64,000 bases of DNA from an uncultured Chloroflexia bacterium (GTDB taxonomy: Bacteria > Chloroflexota > Limnocylindria > Limnocylindrales > CSP1-4): contig CAWGNI010000002.1 of assembly GCA_963823925.1 (NCBI GenBank), forward strand, positions 153,292 to 217,291, written 5' to 3'. How positions within the stretch are numbered: the stretch's first letter is position 1; the number at the start of each line of letters is the position of its first letter. A program made the translations under genes and the position numbers. A model generated the notes under the pieces. The model had not been told where the DNA came from. It saw only the letters and a list, made by a program, of their open reading frames with translations, and did no database searches. This document shows positions 1 to 8,780 of the stretch, piece after piece.

Positions 1-226
1 CCGTTCCTCGGTGTGGTCGCCACGGTCTGGCGGACGGTCCTGGTCGCGCTGGATCCCGAGCCGGTCGAGCCCCTTGCGCCGCCGGCTCCGGCGAGCGCCG
101 CGGTCGATCCAGCCGTGCCAGTGACCGCCACGAGTTGACCGGCCGCCCTCCGCGTATATTGGTTGCGCTACACGCGAGTCGCGCCGCACGACTGCATTCG
201 CCAACGACCAGTCCACGGAGGAATCG

Positions 227-664
227 ATGACACTCGGTCCACTTGAATACACCATCCTCGGGTTCGAGGGCAATCGGTTCAACGGCGAGATCGCCAAGGA
301 GATCGAGAAGGTCGTCGACGCGGGGATCATCCGGCTCGTTGACGTCGTCTTCGTGACCAAGGACATCGACGGCGATGTCGCGGTCGTGGAGCTGGACAAC
401 AAGGACGACGAGCGCTTCGCAGGCTTCACCTCGATGATGGATGGGCTGATGGGCCTGCTGACCCCGGAGGACATCGACAAGCTGGCCACCGGGCTGCCGA
501 CCAACACGTCAGCGCTCATCCTCCTGTTCGAGCATCACTGGGCCGTGGGGATCAAGGAGGCCATCGCCGGCGCTGGGGGCTTCCTCATCAGCCGGGACAC
601 GATCCCGCCGGAAGCCCTCGAGATGGTCAACGCCGAACTCGAAGCAGCAGCGATCTCGGCCTGA
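227..664 (+). CDS. hypothetical protein resembling the soluble N-terminal domain of DUF1269-type stress/membrane proteins
   Basis: 145-aa ORF with a GGAGG RBS 6 nt upstream of the ATG. It has recognisable similarity to the N-terminal half of the ORF at 4819..5442. No transmembrane segment. Confidence 0.5.
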   Translation: MTLGPLEYTILGFEGNRFNGEIAKEIEKVVDAGIIRLVDVVFVTKDIDGDVAVVELDNKDDERFAGFTSMMDGLMGLLTPEDIDKLATGLPTNTSALILLFEHHWAVGIKEAIAGAGGFLISRDTIPPEALEMVNAELEAAAISA

Positions 665-689
665 CGGCCGACCCAGAAAGGAAGACAGC

Positions 690-998
690 ATGCGACGACG
701 ACGAGGTCCGGGCCTCCTGATGACGGCCGCCGTGGTTGGCACCGCCGCGCACGTGGGTGCCTCCAGCGCGAACAAGAGCGCCCAGGCGCAGGCCAACGAA
801 GAGGCGCAGAACCAGCAGCTGGCCCAGCAGCAGGCGCAGATGGATGCGATGGCGCAGCAACCGGTCGCCGCGGCCCCCGCAGCCGCCCCGGTTGATCCGA
901 CGACGGCTGCCCTGCAGAACCTGGCGAACCTCCACGCTCAGGGCATCCTGAGTGACGAGGAATTCGCAGCCGCCAAGGCGAAGGCCCTGGGGATCTAG
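690..998 (+). CDS. SHOCT (short C-terminal) domain protein
   Basis: C-terminal GILSDEEFAAAKAKAL matches the SHOCT motif. The N-terminus is hydrophobic and the middle is low-complexity Q/A-rich. AAGGAAG RBS upstream. Confidence 0.6.
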   Translation: MRRRRGPGLLMTAAVVGTAAHVGASSANKSAQAQANEEAQNQQLAQQQAQMDAMAQQPVAAAPAAAPVDPTTAALQNLANLHAQGILSDEEFAAAKAKALGI

Positions 999-1088
999 CT
1001 CCCCGCGTCACGTCGGTGGCGCGATCAGCAAACGTCGTGCGTCAGGCCACATGCCTGGCGCACGTTCATGTTGGGGTAGGCCGCCGCG

Positions 1089-2423
1089 CTAGAGCAGACG
1101 CGAGACGCGATCCATCGTGGCGTTCCAGGCTCGATCCTTCGTCCCGGTCGGGGCCACGGCCGGCGTCGACATCGCCACCAGCTCATCGAAGATGCTGCGC
1201 TCGGTGAGCTCGGCGATCGAAGGATCGTCGAAGAGCAGGTCGAGCTCGTCGTTCCGGAACAGCGACAGATCGTCCAGGTTGCAGCCGCCGATGAGGACCT
1301 GGTCGTCGATCCGCAGGACCTTGGCGTGGGCCATTTCCGGGTGGAGCAGGATCTCCGCGCCGGCCTCGAGCAACCGTCCGTACCAATGGCGGAAGGCCGC
1401 GGCGGGGTAGGGCGGGGTCGGCTTGCCCGGCGCGACGAGGCGCACCCGGACGCCGCGCAGCGCCGCATCGAGCAGTCGCTCCAGGATGGCCCGGTTGGAG
1501 ATGTACGGGTTGACGATGTGGATCTCGCGCGCCGCGTCGTCCAGGGCCCGCTCGATCGTGTCGCTGATCGGGTGGTGGCCGGTGCCGGGAACGTTCCACA
1601 GGACGGTCGTCGGCGCCTGGACCGGGGCATCCGGCGCCACGATGAGCGTCTCCGGAGGGAAGTAGCGCGCGAGCGATGGATCGGCCGGCGCCGCTCCGTC
1701 GTTGTTCCGCCAGCTCATCAGGAAGACGGCAGCGAGCTGGGCCACGATCGGCCCTTCGACCCGGCACATGACGTCGTAGAAGCGCTCGTCGTTGTAGTGG
1801 TCCTCGATCCCGCTTCCGCCCACATAGCCGATCCGGCCGTCGATCACGATCATCTTGCGATGGTCGAAATGGAGCAGGTCCTCGCCGTTCGGCTGGAACG
1901 TGCGGGCACCGACCTCGCCCCGCCGGAGCACGACCACGCCGTCATGGGCGACGATCTCGACACCTGCCTCGCGGAGGCGACGGAACAGGTCCTTGCTGCC
2001 CAGGTCGACCTCGCTGCCGATGGCGTCGACCGCGAGCCGGACCTCCACGCCTGCCTTGACGCGCTCCGCCAGGGCATCGAGGAACAGCTCCCCGATGTCA
2101 CCGGGCTTGTAGCCGTAGATGAGCAGGTGGACGTGATCGGTGGCCGCCGCGATGTCCTCGAGGATCCGCGGGAAGTAGCGGCGGCCGTGCAGGAGCGGGT
2201 CGACCGCGGTCGCGATGGCGGGCGCGAAGACCTTGGTCAGGTCCGCCCGACGGACCCGCGGCATGGCGACGATCTCGGCGGTTCGGGCGGCGGCCGTTTC
2301 GGGCCGGATGGCATCGGGGTCGAACGGGTCGGTCGGGACGCGGGTCGCTCGCCGGCGCCGGAGCGTCGCGCCAGTCGCTGCCAGTGCCGCGCCCAGCGCC
2401 AGCGTTCGTCGTTTCCTGCTCAT
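1089..2423 (-). CDS. cls: cardiolipin synthase / phospholipase D family protein
   Basis: Two HKD motifs (HRKMIVIDGRIGYVGGSGI and HAKVLRIDDQVLIGGCNLD). The N-terminus is signal/TM-like. The start was chosen at MSRKRRTLALGAALAA, internal to the longer ORF. Confidence 0.8.
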   Translation of the reverse strand: MSRKRRTLALGAALAATGATLRRRRATRVPTDPFDPDAIRPETAAARTAEIVAMPRVRRADLTKVFAPAIATAVDPLLHGRRYFPRILEDIAAATDHVHLLIYGYKPGDIGELFLDALAERVKAGVEVRLAVDAIGSEVDLGSKDLFRRLREAGVEIVAHDGVVVLRRGEVGARTFQPNGEDLLHFDHRKMIVIDGRIGYVGGSGIEDHYNDERFYDVMCRVEGPIVAQLAAVFLMSWRNNDGAAPADPSLARYFPPETLIVAPDAPVQAPTTVLWNVPGTGHHPISDTIERALDDAAREIHIVNPYISNRAILERLLDAALRGVRVRLVAPGKPTPPYPAAAFRHWYGRLLEAGAEILLHPEMAHAKVLRIDDQVLIGGCNLDDLSLFRNDELDLLFDDPSIAELTERSIFDELVAMSTPAVAPTGTKDRAWNATMDRVSRLL

Positions 2424-2478
2424 CGGCTCGTTCGTCGCGGTGGCATGCGAAGACCCCCTGGGATGGTCGGATGGACGA

Positions 2479-4638
2479 CTACTGTACCGCCGAGGCGCCG
2501 GGAGACGCCGCCTCGGTCGTCCCGACCGGGCTGGACGCCGACGCCGGTACCGGCGCATCCGCCGGGCCGAGCGCGATCCCGATCGACTCCAGCCAGCGCC
2601 GGATGTTCCGGTAGATGGCCGGGGCCCCGAGGGGGATCTCCTCGTCGAGTTCCCAATCGACCGGGTGGAGGATGAACGGCTCCGTCTGCGGGCCGCCCAG
2701 CCCGCCGTGGGAACCGATCAATTCCTCGAAGGCGGCGACCTCCCCCAGCTCGGGATCGAATTGGCTGATGAGCAGCAGGTCCGGCGCGTGGACCATGGCG
2801 TCCTCACGTCGCAAGCTCATCACCGTGTGCGGGCCGAAGAGCTCCGTCGGGTCGTCGCCCTCGACGCGGTCCTGGTCAAGGAACCGGGTGCCGTTGGGTC
2901 CGAACACGACGGCCCCGAATTCGCTCGACCGGACCATCAGCATCGCGACGCCCGGATGGGCGGCGACCGTGGCGACGAGACCCGGGTGGAGTTCCTCCAG
3001 CTCTTCGACCGTGAGCCGGTGGTCGTGGCCGGTGAACCAGACGAGCCCAAGGTTCCCGGAACCGACGACGGCGATCGACGAGGCATCGGCGACAGGCGAC
3101 TCGGTTTCGGCGTCAAGATCGACGACACCGTCGGTGGTCCGCCCCTTGAGGGCCGCCCGCGCGACCGTCGGTCCCACGCCCTGGCTCCTCGTGATCTCCG
3201 ACAGGAACGAGTTCACGAAGACCGAACCCTCGGCTTTCGTCGCGGTCTGGATGACGGTGGCACGTCCGCTCATGAGGCTGCGGACGAACTCGCCCAGGCT
3301 GAGTCCATAGCGCTGCAGGAACGTGGCCCCAAGGCTCTGGCCGTGATCGGACAGGACGATGAACTTGTACGGCCGCGGCGCTTCCGCAGCCGCCTTGACC
3401 AGCGTGTCGATCGCCCGATCGACGCCGTCGAGCGCTTCGAACAATTCGACCCGCTCCGGTCCGCAGTGGTGGGCCAGCTCGTCGTAGTCGGTGAAGTCCG
3501 CATAGATGACGTTCGTGCCCCGGTACATCTCCTCGATGATCAGCGACGTGTTGACGTCACGAAGGATCACGTTGCTGGCTGCCCGCATCCCGGCGTACTT
3601 GAGGCCCCGGTGCATCTGCGGGCGGACGCCGGCCCGGCGTGTGCGGCGCGCCTGGATCAGTTCCTTGATGAGCTCCCCGATGAAGAGCGTGAACGACCGC
3701 AGGTACCCACTCGGGCTGAAGAAGAAACTCAGGAAGGCCTGGCTGTCGCCGATCCCTCCACCCTCCGCCTTGATCGCCGCGGTCGTCAGGTACGACCGCG
3801 TGGCATCGCCGGTCATCAGGTTGCAGATGCTCGCCCCGTTGTTCGAGAGCAACCCTTGACCGTTGCTGATCCGCGACACGATGAGGGTGGCGTCCACCGG
3901 GTTGCTCGACGCCATGAGGTGCTCGCGGTCACGTTCATACCAGCGGAACGCCGGGATCCCGTCGTTGTTGCCGTGCAGGATCCCGGCCTGACTCGCGGAG
4001 GTCATCGACGGCAGGATCGCTTCCCAACGTGACAGCTTGTGACTCCCGTCGCGGACCCAGTTCGCCAGCGTGTTGACCGATCCGGCCCGCATCCGCCCGG
4101 CCAGGATCGGATGGGCGAGTCCGTCGATCTGGATGATCACGAGGCCGGGTTTGTCGGATCGCTCGGCGGCACGCTTGACGAGCAGTCGCTGGACCAGGAG
4201 GCCGTAGTACGAGCCGCCGCTGTCGATCCCCAGGATCGCGGTGAGGATCGTGTTGATGATCGCGTACACGAACGAGGCGATCAGCGCGGTGGTGAACGTA
4301 TCGACGTGGATCCCCGGGGCCCACTGGGCCACGACCAGGAACGCGACGACCTGGAGGACCAGCACCAGGATCCCGGTCAGGATCAGCGAGATGGACGCGG
4401 CGAACGTCAACACGACCGGCCGGATGAGCGCCTGGAACAAGGCGATCAGGATGACCGCGACAGCGGCGTCGAGCGGGCGGTCCACCGTCAGGCGAGGCAG
4501 CAACCAGGCGGTGACGAGGAAGGAGACCGTCGCCACGATCAGGGTGATCACGAGTCGCTTCAGCAGCGCGACGCGTCCGCCACGCCACTCCCACAGGACC
4601 CGCAGTTGCGTCTCGTAGAAGCTGAGCAGTCGGCTCAT
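2479..4638 (-). CDS. membrane fusion protein: phage-holin-4-like (DUF360-like) N-terminal 4-TM domain plus a C-terminal alkaline-phosphatase-superfamily domain (type I phosphodiesterase / nucleotide pyrophosphatase-like)
   Basis: The N-terminus (LLKRLVITLIVATVSFLVTAWLLP...) is a multi-TM holin-family-like segment. The C-terminal about 450 aa carry AlkP-superfamily hallmarks (FIVLSDHGQS, GSHGG). The start was set at MSRLLSFYET. Confidence 0.6.
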   Translation of the reverse strand: MSRLLSFYETQLRVLWEWRGGRVALLKRLVITLIVATVSFLVTAWLLPRLTVDRPLDAAVAVILIALFQALIRPVVLTFAASISLILTGILVLVLQVVAFLVVAQWAPGIHVDTFTTALIASFVYAIINTILTAILGIDSGGSYYGLLVQRLLVKRAAERSDKPGLVIIQIDGLAHPILAGRMRAGSVNTLANWVRDGSHKLSRWEAILPSMTSASQAGILHGNNDGIPAFRWYERDREHLMASSNPVDATLIVSRISNGQGLLSNNGASICNLMTGDATRSYLTTAAIKAEGGGIGDSQAFLSFFFSPSGYLRSFTLFIGELIKELIQARRTRRAGVRPQMHRGLKYAGMRAASNVILRDVNTSLIIEEMYRGTNVIYADFTDYDELAHHCGPERVELFEALDGVDRAIDTLVKAAAEAPRPYKFIVLSDHGQSLGATFLQRYGLSLGEFVRSLMSGRATVIQTATKAEGSVFVNSFLSEITRSQGVGPTVARAALKGRTTDGVVDLDAETESPVADASSIAVVGSGNLGLVWFTGHDHRLTVEELEELHPGLVATVAAHPGVAMLMVRSSEFGAVVFGPNGTRFLDQDRVEGDDPTELFGPHTVMSLRREDAMVHAPDLLLISQFDPELGEVAAFEELIGSHGGLGGPQTEPFILHPVDWELDEEIPLGAPAIYRNIRRWLESIGIALGPADAPVPASASSPVGTTEAASPGASAVQ

Positions 4639-4818
4639 CGTCGTAAATGCCTCCCTCGCTGGCGGGCGCCGCTGGCCCGGCTGACCCCCACAGCATAGGG
4701 CGCGGTACGATGAGGGTTCCGACGCCACCCGATCGCAGCCTGCCGGCGACTCACGCCGCACCGATCGAGTCGGCGGTATCGGCCGGGGGGTTCTCGGCCT
4801 TCACAAGGAGGCACATCG

Positions 4819-5442
4819 ATGTCAGAAGAAGTCAAGCCCGCGAGCGCGGATGACGACGTGGTCGTCGTCGGCGGTGTCGTCGCGGACGACGCCGGGATCA
4901 TCGCCGAGGGCGCGATCGCGGTCGAAGGCGACCATGCGCTGGTCGTGGCCCGGTTCGCCGACACCTCGTCAGCACGGGCCGTCTACGACGACCTGCTGTC
5001 GGCCGAGCTCGACGGATCGCTCCATATCGATGGCGTGCTCGTCGTCAAGGCAGACGACGGAGGGCGCCTGCACGTCGAGAAGATGACCGACCACAGCACC
5101 CGGACCGGCCTGAAGTGGGGCGTCGTCGGCGGCGTCGTCGCGGCCGTGTTCCTGCCGGCCACGATCATCGCCGGTGCGGTGACCCTGGGCGTTGCGGGCG
5201 CTGCCGCCGGCAAGGCCCGGAACCTGGCGCGTCGGCTCGAGGTCGAGAAGGGCCTGGCCGACGTCATCACGCCGGGAACATCCGGGATCCTGGCCATGGT
5301 GACCGCGAGCGATGCCCCGGCGGTCGCGGCCAAGATGCCCGGCGCCGAGGAGGTCAAGACCGTCAAGGTCGACGATGAGACCGCGACCGCGGTGAAGGAA
5401 GCCGCGACCGAAGCCGAGACCGTGACGCCGTCGGGTAGCTGA
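4819..5442 (+). CDS. DUF1269-family membrane protein (glycine-zipper TM)
   Basis: AAGGAGG RBS. A soluble N-domain is followed by the glycine-zipper TM GVVGGVVAAVFLPATIIAGAVTLGVAGAAAG. Paralogous to the ORF at 227..664. Confidence 0.55.
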   Translation: MSEEVKPASADDDVVVVGGVVADDAGIIAEGAIAVEGDHALVVARFADTSSARAVYDDLLSAELDGSLHIDGVLVVKADDGGRLHVEKMTDHSTRTGLKWGVVGGVVAAVFLPATIIAGAVTLGVAGAAAGKARNLARRLEVEKGLADVITPGTSGILAMVTASDAPAVAAKMPGAEEVKTVKVDDETATAVKEAATEAETVTPSGS

Positions 5443-5502
5443 CGCGTGGCGCCGGGCCGGCCACGGTCCTGGGCGGCCCGGCGCTCGCCACCATCGCGGT
5501 CG

Positions 5503-5566
5503 TTGACGCCTGCCGCGTTAATCCCGATAATCTAACTCGGAATTAGATGCGCTCGAGAACGAGCGC
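5503..5566 (+). promoter_or_regulatory. putative sigma-A-type promoter of sufB (-35 TTGACG, 17-nt spacer, -10 GATAAT) overlapped by the palindrome ATCTAA-N7-TTAGAT and followed by a leader hairpin
   Basis: TTGACG at 5503-5508 and GATAAT at 5526-5531. The perfect inverted repeat ATCTAA (5530-5535) / TTAGAT (5543-5548) overlaps the -10 element. The stem GCGCTCG-agaa-CGAGCGC lies at 5549-5566. Confidence 0.4.
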
Positions 5567-5607
5567 CGCGGGACCTGCTACCCGCCCCGACCAACACCGG
5601 AGACCTG

Positions 5608-7011
5608 ATGCCAGCCACCCGCGAGATCGTCACCGACCAGCGAGATCAATTCGCCTTCCATGACGATATCGCCTACCTGGCCCAGACGAAGCGCGGCCTG
5701 ACCCGGGCGACGGTCGAGGAGATCAGTGGCTTCAAGAAGGAACCGGACTGGATGCTCCAGTACCGGCTCCGAGCCTATGAACATTTCCTGAAGCGGCCAC
5801 TGCCGACCTGGACGGACGGCCTGGACAAGATCGACTTCGACAAGATCGTCTACTACCGCAAGCCATCCGAGCGCGAAGAACGATCGTGGGACGACGTCCC
5901 GGAGCAGATCAAGGCGACCTTCGAGAAGTTGGGGATCCCGGAGGCAGAACGCAAGTTCCTGGCCGGCGTCGGCGCCCAGTACGACAGCGAGGTCGTCTAC
6001 CACTCGGTCAAGGAAGAGCTGTCCAAGCTCGGCGTCGTGTTCATGGGCACGGATCAGGCGCTGATCGAATACCCGGAGATCTTCCGGAAGCACTTCGGCA
6101 CGGTCGTCCCGGCAGAGGACAACAAGTTCTCCGCGCTCAACGCCGCGGTCTGGTCCGGCGGCTCGTTCGTGTACGTCCCGAAGGGTGTCGAGGTACCGCT
6201 ACCGCTGCAGGCGTATTTCCGGATCAACGGCGAGAACACCGGTCAGTTCGAACGGACACTGATCGTGGTCGACGAGGGCGCCAAGGTCCATTACATCGAG
6301 GGTTGCACCGCGCCGATCTACGCGACCGAATCGCTCCACGTGGCCGTCGTCGAAGTCGTCGCCCTCCCCGGCTCCAAGGTCCGCTACACGACCATCCAGA
6401 ACTGGTCCAACGATGTCTACAACCTGGTGACCAAGCGGGCCCACGCGTACGAGCACTCGACCGTCGAATGGATCGACGCCAACACGGGCTCCCGCAAGAC
6501 CGTGAAGTTCCCGGCGATCTACCTGCGCGGGGAAGGCGCGACCGCAGACATCATCAGCGTCGCCGTCGCAGGCAAGGGCCAGCATCAGGACACCGGGGCG
6601 AAGGCCATCCACCTGGCACCGAACACGCGGTCGCGGATCGTCAGCAAGTCGGTGTCGAAGGATGGTGGCCGGGCGACCTATCGCGGCCATCTCAAGGTGT
6701 CACCGGGGGCGACCAACGCCGTGGCCAGCGTCCGCTGCGACGCGCTGATGATGGACGACATCAGCCGGAGCGATACCTACCCCTACATCGACATCCAGGA
6801 AGATGACACCTCGATGACCCACGAAGCCACGGTCGGCAAGGTGAGCGCGGATCAGGTCTTCTACCTGATGAGCCGCGGCCTGACCGAGAATGAGGCGACG
6901 AACCTCATCGTCCAGGGCTTCCTTGAGGTCTTCACCAAGGAACTGCCGATGGAGTACGCCATCGAGTTCAACCGCCTGGTCAAGCTCGAGATGGAGGGGT
7001 CGCTCGGATGA
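5608..7011 (+). CDS. sufB: Fe-S cluster assembly protein SufB
   Basis: 467-aa ORF with full-length similarity to SufB, including the C-terminal FNRLVKLEMEGS tail. It overlaps sufD by ATGA. Confidence 0.9.
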   Translation: MPATREIVTDQRDQFAFHDDIAYLAQTKRGLTRATVEEISGFKKEPDWMLQYRLRAYEHFLKRPLPTWTDGLDKIDFDKIVYYRKPSEREERSWDDVPEQIKATFEKLGIPEAERKFLAGVGAQYDSEVVYHSVKEELSKLGVVFMGTDQALIEYPEIFRKHFGTVVPAEDNKFSALNAAVWSGGSFVYVPKGVEVPLPLQAYFRINGENTGQFERTLIVVDEGAKVHYIEGCTAPIYATESLHVAVVEVVALPGSKVRYTTIQNWSNDVYNLVTKRAHAYEHSTVEWIDANTGSRKTVKFPAIYLRGEGATADIISVAVAGKGQHQDTGAKAIHLAPNTRSRIVSKSVSKDGGRATYRGHLKVSPGATNAVASVRCDALMMDDISRSDTYPYIDIQEDDTSMTHEATVGKVSADQVFYLMSRGLTENEATNLIVQGFLEVFTKELPMEYAIEFNRLVKLEMEGSLG

Positions 7012-8393
7012 CGGTCGCCTCACCGCGGCCGAGACCCGGACGTCCCACCCGGCAGCGACCGACCGATCTGACCCTGGAGGTCGGCCGGTCCGATCTCGAA
7101 GCGATCGCGCCGCTCGACGGCGATCCAGGGTGGCTGCGCGCCGACCGCGAGGCGGCCTTCGCGGCGTTCGAGGCCCTTCCCGCCGAATCCAACCTCCTGT
7201 ACACGACCTACATCGACCTTCGAACGGCCCACCTTGCCAGTGCGCGGATCACCACCGCGGTCCGCGCCGAGCCGGTGTCGATCGACCTGCCAGACGGAAC
7301 GGATGGCCTCATCCTCATCGACGAAGGGGATCTCGCCGGGGCAGCCCTGTCGTCGGATGCGCGCGCTGCCGGCATCGAGCTCACGACCGTGGCTGACCTG
7401 GCCCGGCGCCGACCGGAGCGGGTCCGGGAACTCATCGACGGCGGGACGACCGTCCCGGCGGATGACCGCTTCGCCCAACTGACCCGCGCCCTCTGGAGCC
7501 AGGGCATCGTCCTGGATATCCCGGCTGGCGTCCACGTCGCCCGCCCGATCATCCTCCGCTGGGCGGTCGGTGCCGCCGATCGCGCGCTCCTGTCGCGGAG
7601 CTTCGTTTCGCTCGGCGACGGGGCCACCGCGACGATCCTCGAGGAGCTGGTCGGATCTGGCGGAGCCCGGGCGGACGACCGTCAATCGTTCCTGGCTGGG
7701 ACGCTCGAAGTTCGCCTCGGTCGCGACGCCGATCTATCCCTCGCGAGTCTCCAGGAATTGCCGGACACGACGGTCGCCATCCAGCATCGGACCGCGATCA
7801 TCGGCGAGGGCGCGACACTCCACTGGGCGCTCGCCCAGCTCGGCTCGCGGCTCGTCCGCAGCCGGGTCGACAACCGCCTCGAGGGTGACCGGAGTTCTGT
7901 CGAGCAGGTGGAGATCGTGTTCGGCGGGAGCGACCAGCTCTTCGACCTGACCTCGTACACCCACCACCTCGGGCGGGACACGACCGGCAACCTGCTGTCC
8001 AAGGGCGCGTTGCTCGATCGGGCGCGCTCGTTCATGAAGGGCATGATCGTCATCGACCGGTCGGCGGTCGGCACGGACAGCTTCCTCGGTGAATTCGGGA
8101 TGAACCTGTCGAAGGCCACACGCTCGGTCGCCATCCCCAGCCTTGAGATCGACCAGCCCGATTGTCGCCGGGCGATGCACGCGAGTTCGGTCGGCCCCAT
8201 CGACGAGACCCAGGTCTTCTACCTCGAGAGTCGAGGGATCCCGCGCGATGAGGCGCGCAAGTTCATCGTGCTCGGCTTCCTCGAGCCCGTCGTCGCACGG
8301 GTTCCGGTCGCGGACGCCCAGGACCGCCTGCGCGGGTTGCTGGAAGCCAGGTGGGACGCCAGCACCGGGACCGGGAGCGACGCCGCGGCGTGA
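7008..8393 (+). CDS. sufD: Fe-S cluster assembly protein SufD
   Basis: 461-aa SufB/SufD-family protein directly downstream of sufB and translationally coupled to it. Confidence 0.85.
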   Translation: MTVASPRPRPGRPTRQRPTDLTLEVGRSDLEAIAPLDGDPGWLRADREAAFAAFEALPAESNLLYTTYIDLRTAHLASARITTAVRAEPVSIDLPDGTDGLILIDEGDLAGAALSSDARAAGIELTTVADLARRRPERVRELIDGGTTVPADDRFAQLTRALWSQGIVLDIPAGVHVARPIILRWAVGAADRALLSRSFVSLGDGATATILEELVGSGGARADDRQSFLAGTLEVRLGRDADLSLASLQELPDTTVAIQHRTAIIGEGATLHWALAQLGSRLVRSRVDNRLEGDRSSVEQVEIVFGGSDQLFDLTSYTHHLGRDTTGNLLSKGALLDRARSFMKGMIVIDRSAVGTDSFLGEFGMNLSKATRSVAIPSLEIDQPDCRRAMHASSVGPIDETQVFYLESRGIPRDEARKFIVLGFLEPVVARVPVADAQDRLRGLLEARWDASTGTGSDAAA

Positions 8394-8725
8394 GACGTAT
8401 CGACCTCCTGGGGGTCGACGAGGTCCCCCTTGGCACGATGAAGATGGCCTGGGTGGACGGCACGGACCAGGTCCTCGTGGTGAACACGAACGGCGACCTC
8501 GCGGCCGTCCAGGGCATCTGCAGCCATGAATACTCGGAGCTCGACCGAGGCTTCCTGACGGCCGGCACCCTGACCTGCGCGCTGCACCTGTCGCGGTTCG
8601 ATCTCGACAATGGCGAGCCACTCGACCCTCCGGCCGAGCTGCCACTGGCCGTCTACGACGTCGTGGTCGAGGGCGACCGGATCCTCATCGAAGTCCCGGA
8701 CGGTCCGCTCCAGGTCAACGAGTGA
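8390..8725 (+). CDS. Rieske [2Fe-2S] ferredoxin-like protein (suf-associated non-heme iron oxygenase ferredoxin subunit)
   Basis: CSHE...CALH Rieske ligand motifs. The GTG start overlaps the sufD stop (GTGA). This is the typical actinobacterial position between sufD and sufC. Confidence 0.7.
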   Translation: MRRIDLLGVDEVPLGTMKMAWVDGTDQVLVVNTNGDLAAVQGICSHEYSELDRGFLTAGTLTCALHLSRFDLDNGEPLDPPAELPLAVYDVVVEGDRILIEVPDGPLQVNE

Positions 8726-8780
8726 TCGGGGACCGGGCCACCGCGAAGGTTCGATAGCCCGAGGCCGTCGACGCCGGGGC

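Noticed and set aside
2215-4032. 605-aa ORF on the plus strand
   Set aside because: Antisense to the cls and holin-AlkP genes. The product is low-complexity R/G/D-rich. It is a GC-shadow ORF.
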